A DNA stretch of 64,000 bases from Chlorokybus atmophyticus. Lineage: Eukaryota; Plantae; Mesostigma and Chlorokybus algae. The translations under genes and the position numbers were made by a program. Under the pieces are notes generated by a model. It did no database searches, had not been told where the DNA came from, and saw nothing but the letters and a program-made list of their open reading frames with translations. Positions 25,739-38,029 of the stretch are shown here, one piece after another; within the stretch, counting starts at the first letter, position 1, and each line of letters opens with the position of its first letter. The stretch lies in assembly GCA_009103225.1 (NCBI GenBank), contig RHPI01000560.1, positions 726,524 through 790,523 on the forward strand, written 5' to 3'.

Positions 25739-27023
25739 TCGTACTCTTATACGGTACTGTACTCCGCACAAGAGCATTACGCATCACGGCAGGTGAGCCA
25801 GCACGTGACGCCCATCCGACAACACGTGACGCTTCGACGGTTACTGCTGACGTTACGTAAGGTGTGATCGCGACCGTTCAGCTTTATCGAACGGTGATGA
25901 TAAAATATTATATACCTTGCTATATCGGCATACGATAAGGATATCCACTTACGTTGGAGGATATCGCGACGGTAGCAGCATGCGCATCGGCTGCTTGTGC
26001 ACAGCATGCTGCTGCCTGCTGTTGGCGGCAGTGTCAGTGGTGTGCTGGGCTGTTGAGCTCACTATGTACGCAAGTTGGGGCGTTATCGGCTGGCGGTGGG
26101 TTAAACTTGCAGCTGGAGCTGGCTGTGAGCAGTCCGACAACACATTGTGCATTGCAAGTAAGCTCCTCACTGCTTGATTGTTGTCTTCATGGATGGTGAC
26201 TGCCTTGCTGACGTGGAGTCGAAGCCTTCATTGCTCAATCAGCTGCGCACAACACCCGACGCAAAAGCAGTCGCGCAGCTGTAGTTGAAGCATAGGTCGA
26301 CATTTTACTCTTGAGCGAGTAGTTACGCGTTTCGTCATGGCTGTTAAATTGTGGTTGACAAGAGAGCGAGCCTGTCAGTGGTCGACCATGCACTGCACAT
26401 TGTTGTAAGAGAAGATCAGCTGGCTGTTAGATAAGCGTTCACGGTTGTTCGGGTTGTTCATGTCGACCTCAGGCTAGTAACTTTGCGACAGACCATGGGA
26501 GTGTTTGCATGGTCTGTCACAAAATTACTAGTTATTAACTCGTTCTGCCAGCCACTTGGTTAGGCAGGCTTACTGCCCATGTGAGGCAATAAGCTGCGTG
26601 AGACACCCAGCGCTGCTTTGGGTCTACTACGTACGAAACAGCGTGTCAGGACAGTGCTCGTCAAGCTACAACATGTCAAGCCACTCTAACCTGAACAAAC
26701 ATGCTCTGGGAGCCGAGTATTTCGCCTATGTGGCGCCGGTTGCGTGGTATGACATTGGTTGTTGTTGAACAGGTTCTTCCATGAACGCGTGCAGCAACAG
26801 ACACAGTCCTTTTTAACAAGTGCTATAGCACCAAGTGCATGAGCAAGAAAACAGGTAAGCTCGTTCAACACAGACTCCTACACCGAGCATTGTAGAGTAG
26901 TGGTTATGTATGATGTTGGTTCTAGTATCTCCTTTCACAGATGTCAGCTGAGTTTTCCGCAGTGGGTGGGTTGGGATTGCATGCTAAAATGATGTCTCGC
27001 AGCAATTGTCTACCTAAATAGAC

Positions 27024-30000
27024 ATGGATGCTGTCAAGCGGACGTCCAAGCACCAGCAGCAGCGCCTCCCTGCTTTCCACAGACCGGAGGGTCCGTGCAA
27101 CGCGGACGGAGGGCAGCCATCCTTCTTTGCCCGCCCGGGTGGCCGAGGAGCAGCTTTGCAAGCGCCCGCAAGACAACAAAATCACTGGAGTCATAGAGGG
27201 CGGGGCAATGGCAGGGGACGCGGCGGACGGGGGAGGGGTCAGAACGGGTACAAGTTTAGCGACGCTAACGGGGTGTTTCCACAAAATGCCAAGCCACGTT
27301 TTCAGGACAACAGCGACACAGAACAGTTTCCAGCTGCGCCATTCAGTGACACAAACAGGTAGTTCAGTCTCATTGTATGACTTGCAGGAACAGTCAGTTG
27401 CCTGTAAACTACCGTACTTATGAAGCTGTGCTATGCATGTGCAGACAGCAAAGGTTCCCTCAGGACCGGCGCATGCATGACACCCCTGCATGGAATGGTG
27501 CTTCAGACTATGGAGCCAATATGCAGTTTGGGCGTGGTCGGCGACCTGGTCCCCCATACAGACAAGTTGAACAATTGGACGAGTATGAAAGGGCAGACTG
27601 TGGAAGGGAGTATGTGTCAACTTCCGGGCGCAGAGAACCCTTTGAATACACTGAGCACAGCGAGCCTGGCCCTGGGTTGCGCGAGGTGCCTCAGCAACAA
27701 TTCCATGCATGCGAAAGCAATGAGCGGGAGCATGTGCAAGAGATGGAATACCGTCACTCAGATGCGCAGATCACGCATGATTACGACCAGCGTGCAAAGG
27801 TATAGATATATCAGGTTATTATTTGATGTCATTCTGTCTGCTAAGCAAACTTTGGCTGGCAAACAATACCAAGAGCGATCGGTTTCATTGTTTGCTCATT
27901 CAAGGGGGCTTGTTGCAATAGCACTGGCATGCATAGGGTGGCTGACTAGCGGTGGCACAGGTGGGTCATATTGATGAACCAGGTATAAGTGATAGCCAGC
28001 CACTTGGCCATCGCAACTCGCGTTGGGATCGCCATGACCGACACAACGACAAAAGCCAACCAAGGCAACCGAGTGACAGGTATGCATAGCAATTGACTCA
28101 GTACGTGTGCAAATGTCTTGCTCTGTGGTGGACAGCTGATAGTCAGGCGGACCGGTACAGGGTTGCAGCAGAGGGTGGTAAGCATGCAACCCGCAAGCGC
28201 TTGACCCCAAGCAGCAGCTATTGGGAGTCTTTCAACATGAAGGTGAATGAACGGCTGGAGAAAGCTGCCTTGGTTGTTGGCGGTCACCGCTCAAGGCGAA
28301 GAAGGCGACAGTATTCTGATAGCGAATCGGATGCCGATGAGAGTGACCATGCAGTGGCAGCAGAGGTGGTGACTGTGCACGATGCCTTGGTTGACAACCA
28401 GTTTGTTTCGCCTGAGGACCAGATTATGCCTTCCCTGCTGGATTCGCCACCTGAGCAAGAATGTGTGGAAGTTACTGATAATCGTGCTCGCGATCAGCCT
28501 GGACTTGCAGCAAGCGACGATGCTCCAAGACAAGAGTGTACTCCACACTGCGAGGACTTGCAAGCAGTACCGTCGCGTGCCGCAGCTGTGCCCGCAGCAT
28601 GCGACGAGGCCAGCCGGCCGGCCAGAGAACCAGAACCTGGCGAGAAGCTAGAGCCCCACTCAACCCTTCCCTCAGCAAAGGATAGAGCTGCCCAAGAGGA
28701 CATCCCTGCAAATGCTGAGCGATTGCATTCTGCCAAAACCGGTTCCCATGTTGCATCTGCCAGATGGGCGTGTGTTGCTATTAGAGTAACTGCTGATGAA
28801 GACCCTGATTGCATATCACCTACAATATCCCCAGTATGGAAGTTCAAGAGCCCACAGCCAGCAGCGCAACAGTCACCTATTGGCACAGCAGGTGCTCAAG
28901 CTGAAGCGCCTGCGAGTTGTGATACTTCAAGGCAGACCGACACCGTTGTTACGCAGATCAGGGATGATGCGGAGCCCTTGTCAATGTCACAGCCAATTGA
29001 AGCATCGCCGGTGCACAGTGGATCTGAAGCTACACCAACGGCGCTGTTGTGCAATGTTGCCATGCGCATTGCAACACACGGGCAGCCTCCTGAAGCATCC
29101 GGCAGCGCCTTGGCGGCAGCAGTCACTGGGGCCCCAGTCCGCAAGCGCCGCTGGGGTGGTGGTGTAGAGACGACGACTACAGAACCAACACTGCGCTCCC
29201 AGTCTCCAGCGCCCAGTGAATCTCGATCAACAAGGTCGCGGCTTGCAGCAGACTTGTCGCACCCACAAGCAGCGATGTCGGATGCAGGCACGTGCTGCAA
29301 GCCAGAGCGTGAGAATGACCTTCAGCAGGGCGATAGCTTCAAGAACACAATAAAGACTGGTGCGCTGGCACAGAAGTTCTCTGCACGGCCCGCTATGGTT
29401 TCCACAGCTCCGGACAATGGTCAAATGACACCAGCAGATAGGCCTGGTGGGAGTGCACCAACGCCTGCTGTCCATTGCAGTGGTCACATCACTGTACAGA
29501 CCACAGCAGAGCCAGCAAATCCTGCAGAAAGGGCCACAGAAACAACTGCCTTGGCCGATGTGACATCTTTGAAGGCAGTGAAGACCATGAAGACTGGTGT
29601 GCTAGCACAGAAGGTCTCGGCACGGCCCGCTATGGGTTCGCACGCAGCAGTCCTTGGCCAAATGTCACCAGCAAATAGGCCCGGTGGGAGTGTGGCAACG
29701 CCTGCTGTCAACAGCAGTGATCACGCTGTTGTGAAGGCCACAGCAGTGCCAGCAAATGCTGCTAAAAGGGTCACAGGGACACAACACCCAGGGACTACTG
29801 CCTCTGCTGCCGCCAATGATGCGACATCTTCAGCTGCTGTACAGAGTGCCACAGGCAACCTTAGCAATGGTTGCAACTGCGGGCATCGGTTCTGTGCACA
29901 GTTTCACAGCAAGCCAGAGCACAGGCAAGGGGAATCTGAAAGCAGCAAGTGGGTGAACGCAACCAAGCCCGCAGCGAAGCAAATCGTGGAGGCAGGCAGC

Positions 30001-30516
30001 ACAATCAAGCTCATAGTCCACCCAAAGGTATCCTCAAGCCAAGATACAGGAGTTTCACACCAGCTGACTCCATCTGTTCGGCTGGTGAGCACAACCACAC
30101 CCGCGGCAGCTTCTTCGGAGAGCACGCCCACCAGCATGGAGAAGGCAGAGGCGCTTCCATTCGCCACACGCTTTGCTGGCAGACTGCGACCGCCAGCACA
30201 GGTTTGTCAAAGGTCCCCCGCAGTCCCAGTGCTGCCACCAGCGCCGAAACCGGTTGTTGTCGTCGCACCAACCCAATCCACTCCAGCACCAGCTCCATCA
30301 ACTCCAGCACCAGCTGTAACAGCAAAGCCGTCTTCAGCCGGAGCCTTTTGCTGTTACTTCAACATTGGTCAGGACTGTCCTTTTGGCAACTGTATATTCT
30401 TGCACGTCTGCCACAAGTGCGGTAGCGGCGAGCATGGTGGACATCGTTGCACTGCTGCTTTGCCTCCTGGCATGGTTGCCAGCACCCAACGCATCTCAGT
30501 TCAGACCACCTGCTGA
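27024..30516 (+). CDS. Large low-complexity protein with N-terminal RGG-rich segment and C-terminal CCCH plus CCHC zinc fingers (4 exons)
   Basis: Phase-compatible exons; HRGRGNGRGRGGRGRG; 807-codon final ORF ending CCYFNIGQDCPFGNCIFLHVCHKCGSGEHGGHRC. Confidence 0.7.
29344..29780 (+). repeat. In-frame internal duplication (about 240-bp period) in the zinc-finger gene
   Basis: TIKTGALAQKFSARPAM...PANPAERAT versus TMKTGVLAQKVSARPAM...PANAAKRVT. Confidence 0.85.
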
Positions 30517-31161
30517 GTAGGTGTCCTGGCAATAGCCAACATGCCCACCAACGATGTTGTGGAACCATGTTTAGCATAGTCAAGTGTTGATAGGTACAAG
30601 TAATTTTCTGGAGTGTGTTGGTTGCAACACGTAAATATAGCCTGTACATTGAGCTCGCACTTGCCTCATGCGTGGGTGTGGGTGTGCGCGCATGACTGTG
30701 TGAGGTAGAGCAGAATAGCACGCTACACATATCCATGTACAAGTGTACATAGAGAGAGCCCCATTCCTCATGCTGCGCATGGGCTATGCGAGTTGGCTGC
30801 ATACGCAAGAAAAGCCAAACATGATTGTCTGCTGCTTTGTTCATAATGGTACAGTGCCCTCGCAACCTGGTGTGCACTGTGGTTGGCCAACATCTTTATG
30901 CCGCACAAACCGTATTACCGAGTTGGCCTGAATTGTTGGCAGCATTGCCTGAGGCTTCAGGCTGCACCAATCTCTCCAGCAAATGAGAGGCAAGGATGCG
31001 ACTATTTGATGTGGCCACACCTTTGCCACCATTACTGGCACAAGCGCAGTAAGACCGTACTGCGCAACAACAAAACGCATCGCAGAGGCTTCCAACATTG
31101 CTTACGGACGCTTTGCAGCAATCAGCACGCGGTAAGTGTGTGTCAACCTTGAGGTGCATAC

Positions 31162-31319
31162 TGGTATGTAGCAGTCTCATGCCACAGTTGACAACTCATT
31201 GCTTACAAACACGCTTTGCAAACCATTGCATGACAAAGCGGTGGTATGTAGCAGTCTCATGCCACAGTTGACAACTCATTGCTTACAAACACGCTTTGCA
31301 ACCATTGCATGCCAAAGCG
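31162..31319. repeat. Near-perfect 80-bp tandem duplication between convergent genes
   Basis: TGGTATGTAGCAGTCTCATGCCACAGTTGACAAC... starts at 31162 and again at 31242. Confidence 0.95.
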
Positions 31320-31394
31320 CATGGTGTTAACCAACCACACATCCAGCCGCCCATATGCAAATCTGCCGTGCAGCTCAATACTACAAGCTGAAAG

Positions 31395-33906
31395 CTAGCT
31401 TGGGCCTGAATCGAGCAGGAGGTGCGTAGCAACGGTAATGTCATTGTTGCCGTTCACAAGCGCGCGGCGCGCCACCTCTCTGTCAAAGCCCATTGCCACA
31501 AGCGCCTCTATGTTCTCCTCTGAAGGCACCGCCTGAGCCGGGGGAGCGGACGGATTCATCGGCGTGGCTCTCCTTGACCCCTGAAGAAAGAGTAAAACAA
31601 CAGAGTAAAACAACTTGCCAAAGGCAATGCTACTTGATATTGATGTCCGTAAGGGCAAACGTACGCATGTAGATGCTTGCGCACACGCATTCGCCAGTGC
31701 ATGTGAACATGCGTGTGTGGGCGTGCGTGCATGCCAACAAACCTGTCCTGGTGGATTGCCCCAAAGCTCCGGCCCGCTGCCGCCCACTAGCTGGTCAGTG
31801 AACCCCTGCCCAGCCTGCATGCCAATTGTCCGGACCTAAGCACATGGACGCCAACAATCTGTGTGTGGGCATACGTAAACCTATCAAGTGTATGTTAAGG
31901 ACTGTGCACAACAGTTTTGAGAAAAAACATGACATTTCCTACCCTTGGCGGTCTTCTGGCTCCATTCTGTTCAGCCACGCGCCGTGTAGCCTATCACATG
32001 CAAAGGCAAAGTTAAGTTGAGCAATCAACTATGCAAAGTCAGTCACCTAACCAGCCGCTATGTCAGTAGATAAAGCCAATCAAAACTGACTAAGCAACTC
32101 AGCGCACCGTTACAGTTGGAGGTGATGATGCAATGATCGGCCGCAGAATGCTTGCGACAAGGTTATTTACAAAGGAGGGGAACTGCAAAGCAAAGGACAC
32201 GTTATGCACTGTGCAAGGATGATGACCATCAATTGACTAATGCGATAAGGTTGTAACCATCTCAATCATCAGCAGATTTACCTCAAAGTGCCGCAAGCCC
32301 AATATGTTGGACCGGTGCGTTAGTCCAGCCAACAACCCGCACAGACCCGAAACAATTGAAGCCCTCCCTTGAGAAAGCAACATCTGCAAACACACGTAGT
32401 GGCAGTTGGTCACATCCACCATGCACATCAGGGTGTACTGCTGTTGTGGTCAAAATTTTTGCAATACGTCAGTTACGCGTGCATAGAGTGGTGTTACCAA
32501 ACAGGATCAAACATCAACATGCATGCTTGTGGGTGCATACATGCACTAATTACAGACACGACTGTCATTGTAATTGCCATCACCTCATGTTTAAGTTGCA
32601 ACGATGACATCAAGTTCATTTAGGTTGCACTATCATGTAATATCATACACTACCGTTGATGACACCCCGAAATGCATCTGACACGCATGCGTACCTGCAG
32701 GCCGGCGACATAGATGAAGACTTTATCGGACAGACGCAGGCCAAAGACGGAGAAGCGAGCGGCGTGGGGGATATCAAACAGGAAAGGCACGAAAGAAGCG
32801 AATATCAAACCGTACGGCCCCGACGCCAGTGGCCTGCTATCTGCACACAAAGAGGAATCGTCTCATACACGTACGCATGCATGTTATGTGTTGTGACACA
32901 CGGACATGTGCACACGCACGCACCTGACTGGATCACGAGCGATGCCACTTGCAGGAGGGATGAGAGAGCGAGCGTGATCACCGTGTAAGCCTGTGCGGGT
33001 ACGAACAAGTGACTGATGTGTAATGTGTGTCTTGATGACTTCAGCATGAAACAAGATGCTGCTTACTCCAAATTTGGAAGAGCCGACTTGGCGCTCGAAG
33101 ATGCGGAAGTAGTAGAGAAGGTACAGGCCAAAGATGATCTCGCCAGGGGAAGAGAACACGAAGCCGCTCGTCAACACACGCCACCACTCGCGCCGCCGCA
33201 GCACAGCCTGGGCCAGTGCACACGTGGTACTCATGCGCTCATGCAAACATACGACTACACATACACACATGTGCACGCCAGTGCGGAATGTGTGTATGTG
33301 CGCGCACACAGGCATGCATGCGCATGCGCACGTGAACACGTGTGCAAGCACACACATACGCGCGCACACGCACATACCAAGCGGGAAAGGTTGAAGGATT
33401 GGGCGTTTCGAGTGATGCCTGCAAAGAGTGAGAGCGCTGTTGTGGCCAGCACCACCGTCTTTATCACTGGAGCGTGATCTGTTGTGTAACAAAAATAAAG
33501 ACGAGGCAACAGAAACGGAATCCAGCCAGGCATATGACAGCCACTCCCAGGCAACAATTGTGGCATTGTTCAGTTTCATTCACACACGCTATGACTCTGC
33601 CAAGTGTGTTAGTGCATGCTGGAGGCGAAGACTTTGCAAAGCAGAGAGTGCACCAACTCCACTTGAAACTATATCACAAAGAGAACTTGTCCAAAACGTG
33701 ACCACAGCGACACACATATAGAAAGCCTAAAACAGCAGATGCAAACCACAGCCACAACAGCAAAGTAGCAGCAAACCAACTGCAAGCGACAAAGAAGCAA
33801 CAAGCGGTCAGGAGCAAGCCAACAGCAAAGCAGCAGCAAAGCTGGCAGCGTTAGTCAGGCGCTAGCTTCGCCTATGCTTACAGAAGCCGGCAGGCCCGGA
33901 GTTCAT
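31395..33906 (-). CDS. RBL20: Rhomboid-like protein with C-terminal UBA domain (RBL18/20, UBAC2-like), multi-exon
   Basis: MNSGPAGF; APVIKT; [21 protein letters not shown]; [14 protein letters not shown]; [13 protein letters not shown]; [16 protein letters not shown]...N.DITVAT. Confidence 0.92.
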
Positions 33907-34188
33907 AGCTACACGAGCATGCGGGGGCGTTGGCCCCGCCCCTTCACCACCGCTTCACTCCTTCTCAAGTCTCGCCTCCCCAGAGCAGCAGTTGATTGCA
34001 GATGGTTCTCACAAAACTGTGAGAGAGCTGCCAAGGCTGGGGTGCTTGCTTGCTTGCGTAAGAGTAACGGTTGTCAAGCTGTTCTAGCAAGCGCACTGCC
34101 GCAACCAACACACGCACGCCGCCGCTACCGGCGCTAGCGACTTTTACCGGATCAGCCTGCTGATGATGATGATGATCATCATCAGCGA

Positions 34189-34198
34189 TTAGGGTTTT
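34189..34198. promoter_or_regulatory. Telobox upstream of the rhomboid-like gene
   Basis: TTAGGGTTTT (AAAACCCTAA on the gene strand) about 280 bp upstream of the ATG. Confidence 0.5.
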
Positions 34199-34817
34199 GA
34201 GCTAACAGCACTGCTAAGGTGGTGCAGTCTGGTAGGCCTAAGATCAGACTGTTGATGAAAGTGCAGTTGCCATTCTTGTTGTTGCTATGGTGGACAATAT
34301 TGCTGCGGTAATGAGTCTGAACCAAAGATTGCTAAAAAGTCCGATAGTAGAGCGTGTGTTTTGGGTTCCATTAACAAGTGGCCCTGCCTGGACTTTGTAA
34401 TGCTTGCTGCATGGACAGATTGTTTAGGATAACAGCATTAGCATGCACAGCTTCACATGTGCTTAGCATTGCTTTGTGCTTGGTGCAACGCGCCATTGCA
34501 ACCATGCTGTGTCGACCACTGACTCACTGGTATCAACTGGTGAGAATCGTATGAAACAAGCATGGCTCAATGGTCAACAGTGCAGACTGGTAATTGTTGA
34601 GTGAAATGTTCAAAGGTGTAAGCGATGCAATCAATGCGAGCACTTTTAGTGCTGCACTAGCCTACGCGCACGCGCAGAACCTTGTCAATGACTGTCTAAT
34701 GTACTGGCAGTGGTAGCAAGCTGTAGCCAAAACCACCTTATGTACAATGCACAACGACACTGTGCAAGCGATGTTTGCACAAGACGAAAACAAATCCTGC
34801 CGTGCGCGTGTCCACAT

Positions 34818-37621
34818 TCAAGCGCCGAGTCCCAGTGACTTGGGCCGCATGAGCGCCTTGATGGGTTCTCTGATGCCGGTGCCACCGCTGCCGAGGCCGG
34901 TGCCAGCGCCGGAGAAGCCCATCTTCGCAAGCATCTTGGAACCAAATCCAGTCGTGTGTTGTTCAAACTCACCAAAGTTTCTTTGGTCAATATGGGTGGA
35001 GTGCACGATCTGCGTGGTGACAATGTGGCTGGAAGCCATTAAAGGCTGTGACACAGAGGGACCCTCATCGGCTATCACCCCGCTCGACACAAACTCCATC
35101 GGCCGCGCGTAGCTCTTGCGCCGTACTTGTGAGATGCCCTCGGCCCGCCTCCGGCTCTTGCTTTTGCTTGTGGACACGTCTCCGCCGGTAGAGTGGCGCC
35201 GTTTTGACCGCCACACGCCGTCCTCGGAAGCCTCCCAGATCAGCCGCTCGTGCGCAGCTGCCCTCCTTGCGGCTCTGTTGGCCTTCACGGCCTTCCTTGC
35301 CCTGTGTTGCCTCTCATAGCTCAGCCCATCATCATCAACGATGTCTTCATCAACATCAGCGGTCAAACTGCTGCGGTAAGAGCCTCTGTCAGCGACGGGT
35401 TGCACGGGCACAAGCAGTCTCTGCATGTAGTCTTGAAGGATCATGTGGTCGGGCACGAAGGAGTGAGGCGTCCTTGTCACCACGGTGAAGCGCTTCTTGC
35501 CCGAACCTTGGCTCGAACTCTTCAGCTTAAAAAGCCCCGCCAGCTTGTGCAGCTGCAAGCGCTTCACTTTGTCCATTGGCGGGAACGCCCACATGTCGCC
35601 CATAGTTTCAACAAAGTCCGCCAGCGTCTGCGCATACGAGAGTTGCAGTAAGCATCGGCCACGACAATGCCAGCACGTGAGTAATATACAACACACTCCC
35701 ATCTTCCATACGTACATTATTGATTACTTGTAGAGACTGCACATCAAAGCCGCGCCACACGCGCTGCGAGCGTGACATGGACTTGGCTTCTGTGGCGTCC
35801 CTCATGCTAGCCTTGTAGTCACGCATCTGTGCACGCAATGCTCTCTTGCCCGCCATCTGCTCACGCCGCCTGTGCTCCTTCTCACCTGTACTCGCACAAG
35901 ACCAAACATCAAAACCAGTTTTTGCATAAACCACACTCGGGCAACAACAGGCATTCGGTACAAACAGCACAAAATAGCTTGCCTGGTGCTAGTCTTGTAG
36001 CTTTGGCCTTTTTGCTACCAGACCGCTGCGAGCTAACATGCCAAATTGGAGGGCCCTCCCGAACATCATCGTCGTTACCGTCCTCTAGACCCTCGCGCAG
36101 AACGGCAGACCGCTGCTGAGCCCGCTGCTGACGCTTCCGCATCCAATGTGGAGGCTTTCTGTTCCCCAGGATCTCATCGATGTCGAGCTCCTCTCCGAGT
36201 ACATGCGGCGCTGGTGTATAAGCTATGGGAGAATCATTGATGGCTTCAGGCAATGTGGTACCTGTTTCCTGCGAATGAGAGCCAAGTTGTTAACAGAACT
36301 TCCTACACTTGGTCAAAACTCCTTCAACAAACCAAGTAGCGTCATTGTTGTCACCGCAGACAGCAGTTGCACGTGACACGCATGAGCGCACCTGAGCAAC
36401 TTCACCATCTTCCTCCTGTTCCTCATCGTCTTCTTCGCTGTCACCAGCAATAAGCCACCCACTCAAGTTGCTGGCTTCACTATCGCTATCACCAAATGGG
36501 TCGTCGAAGTCGTCCCCAGCAACATCATCGAGTGGACCAAGCGGCCTATCTTCAATAGCAACCTGAAACACACAACTTCAGCCCAACCAGACAATGGACC
36601 CAGCGATTCTGAACACAACCAACTGAAGTTGTTTCTACCTGGTGGTTCAACCTTGCAACAATGCCTTCCAGGACCTCCTGATCTTCATCATCCACCTCCA
36701 AGCCTTCCAAGTAGTCATCTATTGCTTCGCTGTCCATGCTGCTGACGCCTTCATTGGACTCTGATGAGCCCGACTCGTACAAAGGCACGGGGGCTTTGCG
36801 TCCTCTTTGGCGTGAACGGTCATCACTGTGACATGCATGAGAGGGGCCTCAACAAAGCATCCTTCCACACTCAAGGCTTGTAAATGCAGAGCATTCCTCA
36901 ACAATAGTTGAGCTACTTGCATACGGCCTGCTGTTGACAGCAACCAGCGGGCTTACAACTCGCTGTATGGCCATGACAGCATGCTCTCAACAGCTGAGTC
37001 AGCACCAGTAGCACAGCTACTATCAACTAGCTTACCCATATGTATGACAGTGTGTTACGTAACATTCAATGTGCATTGCACAACTGTGACATCATCATTT
37101 TCAACCATGCATGTTGAGTAAACCAGCATGCGGCTTGCACCAACCATGACTTGGCAGCGGTCTTGTCTGAAACAAGCTGTTGCAATCATCATCATCAACA
37201 TCATCATCACTGAGCACTGGATGTTCCTTGCCAAGCATGACAGCGGTACATGCCTGTACACGCGCACGTTGCCGATGACGACAAAGTCTCCGTCATCACT
37301 GAAGCTGTCGCTGTCAAACTCAAGCCCAAGAGGGAAGGACTTGCGGCGACTGCGATGCTGCTGTAGCTGCGGAGCACTAGACGAAGCAGAACCCTGACCT
37401 CTCTGCATGGGCCCCGCAGCATCCATTACCATCTCGCCCCAGTCTGTAGCCAACGCACCCCCAACCACGAACAGACCTCCTCCTCCTCCTCCTCCTCCGC
37501 TCCATCCTCCTCCTCTACCTCGTCCTCCATGTCCGCCTCGCCCCCCACCCCCGCCTCTCGGCCCTGTTCCTCGCCTCTTCCCCCTCGGCCCATACAAGGG
37601 CCCCTTACTCTTCTTCGGCAT
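34818..37621 (-). CDS. R3H plus G-patch domain protein (SQS1/GPATCH2-like), multi-exon
   Basis: RG-rich N-terminus; AIDDYLE; FPPMDKVKRLQLHKLAGLFKLKSSSQGSGKKRF (R3H); FEQHTTGFGSKMLAKMGFSGAGTGLG...GIREPI...RPKSLGLGA (G-patch). Confidence 0.9.
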
Positions 37622-37966
37622 GGCCCACGAGCACCGCCGTCGCCGACACCTCCGCCTCGACCTCCGCGTCCACCTCCACAGGCTTTTCTGCCACGTGGCA
37701 AGCTCACATCAAGCCTCGTGGTCCCAAACAAGGCATCGCAAATCCCAATCCACGACCGGGCCCGGGACCCTGCTTGGTCCTGGTTTGGGACCCAGGTGGA
37801 ACACACACATTGCTTGCGGGGTTGTTGCTGAGGTTGTTGGTGGCGGTGGCGGCGGCGGTGGCACTGCGGGGTGTGTGCGCGGTGAAGCTTGAGCTAAATG
37901 TGAACGTCTGCTTGGTGCTGATTTGCCCCTCGCATGGGCGTCATGCTGGCGGCAGCCGTCGCCTAG

Positions 37967-37974
37967 TAGGGTTT
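37967..37974. promoter_or_regulatory. Telobox in a short divergent intergenic region
   Basis: TAGGGTTT lies between the ATGs at 37621 (-) and 38030 (+). Confidence 0.45.
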
Positions 37975-38029
37975 GCGTTTCCAGCTGCTGCTGATGCTGC
38001 TGCTCCTGCACGTAGCAAAGGGGTCCGAC

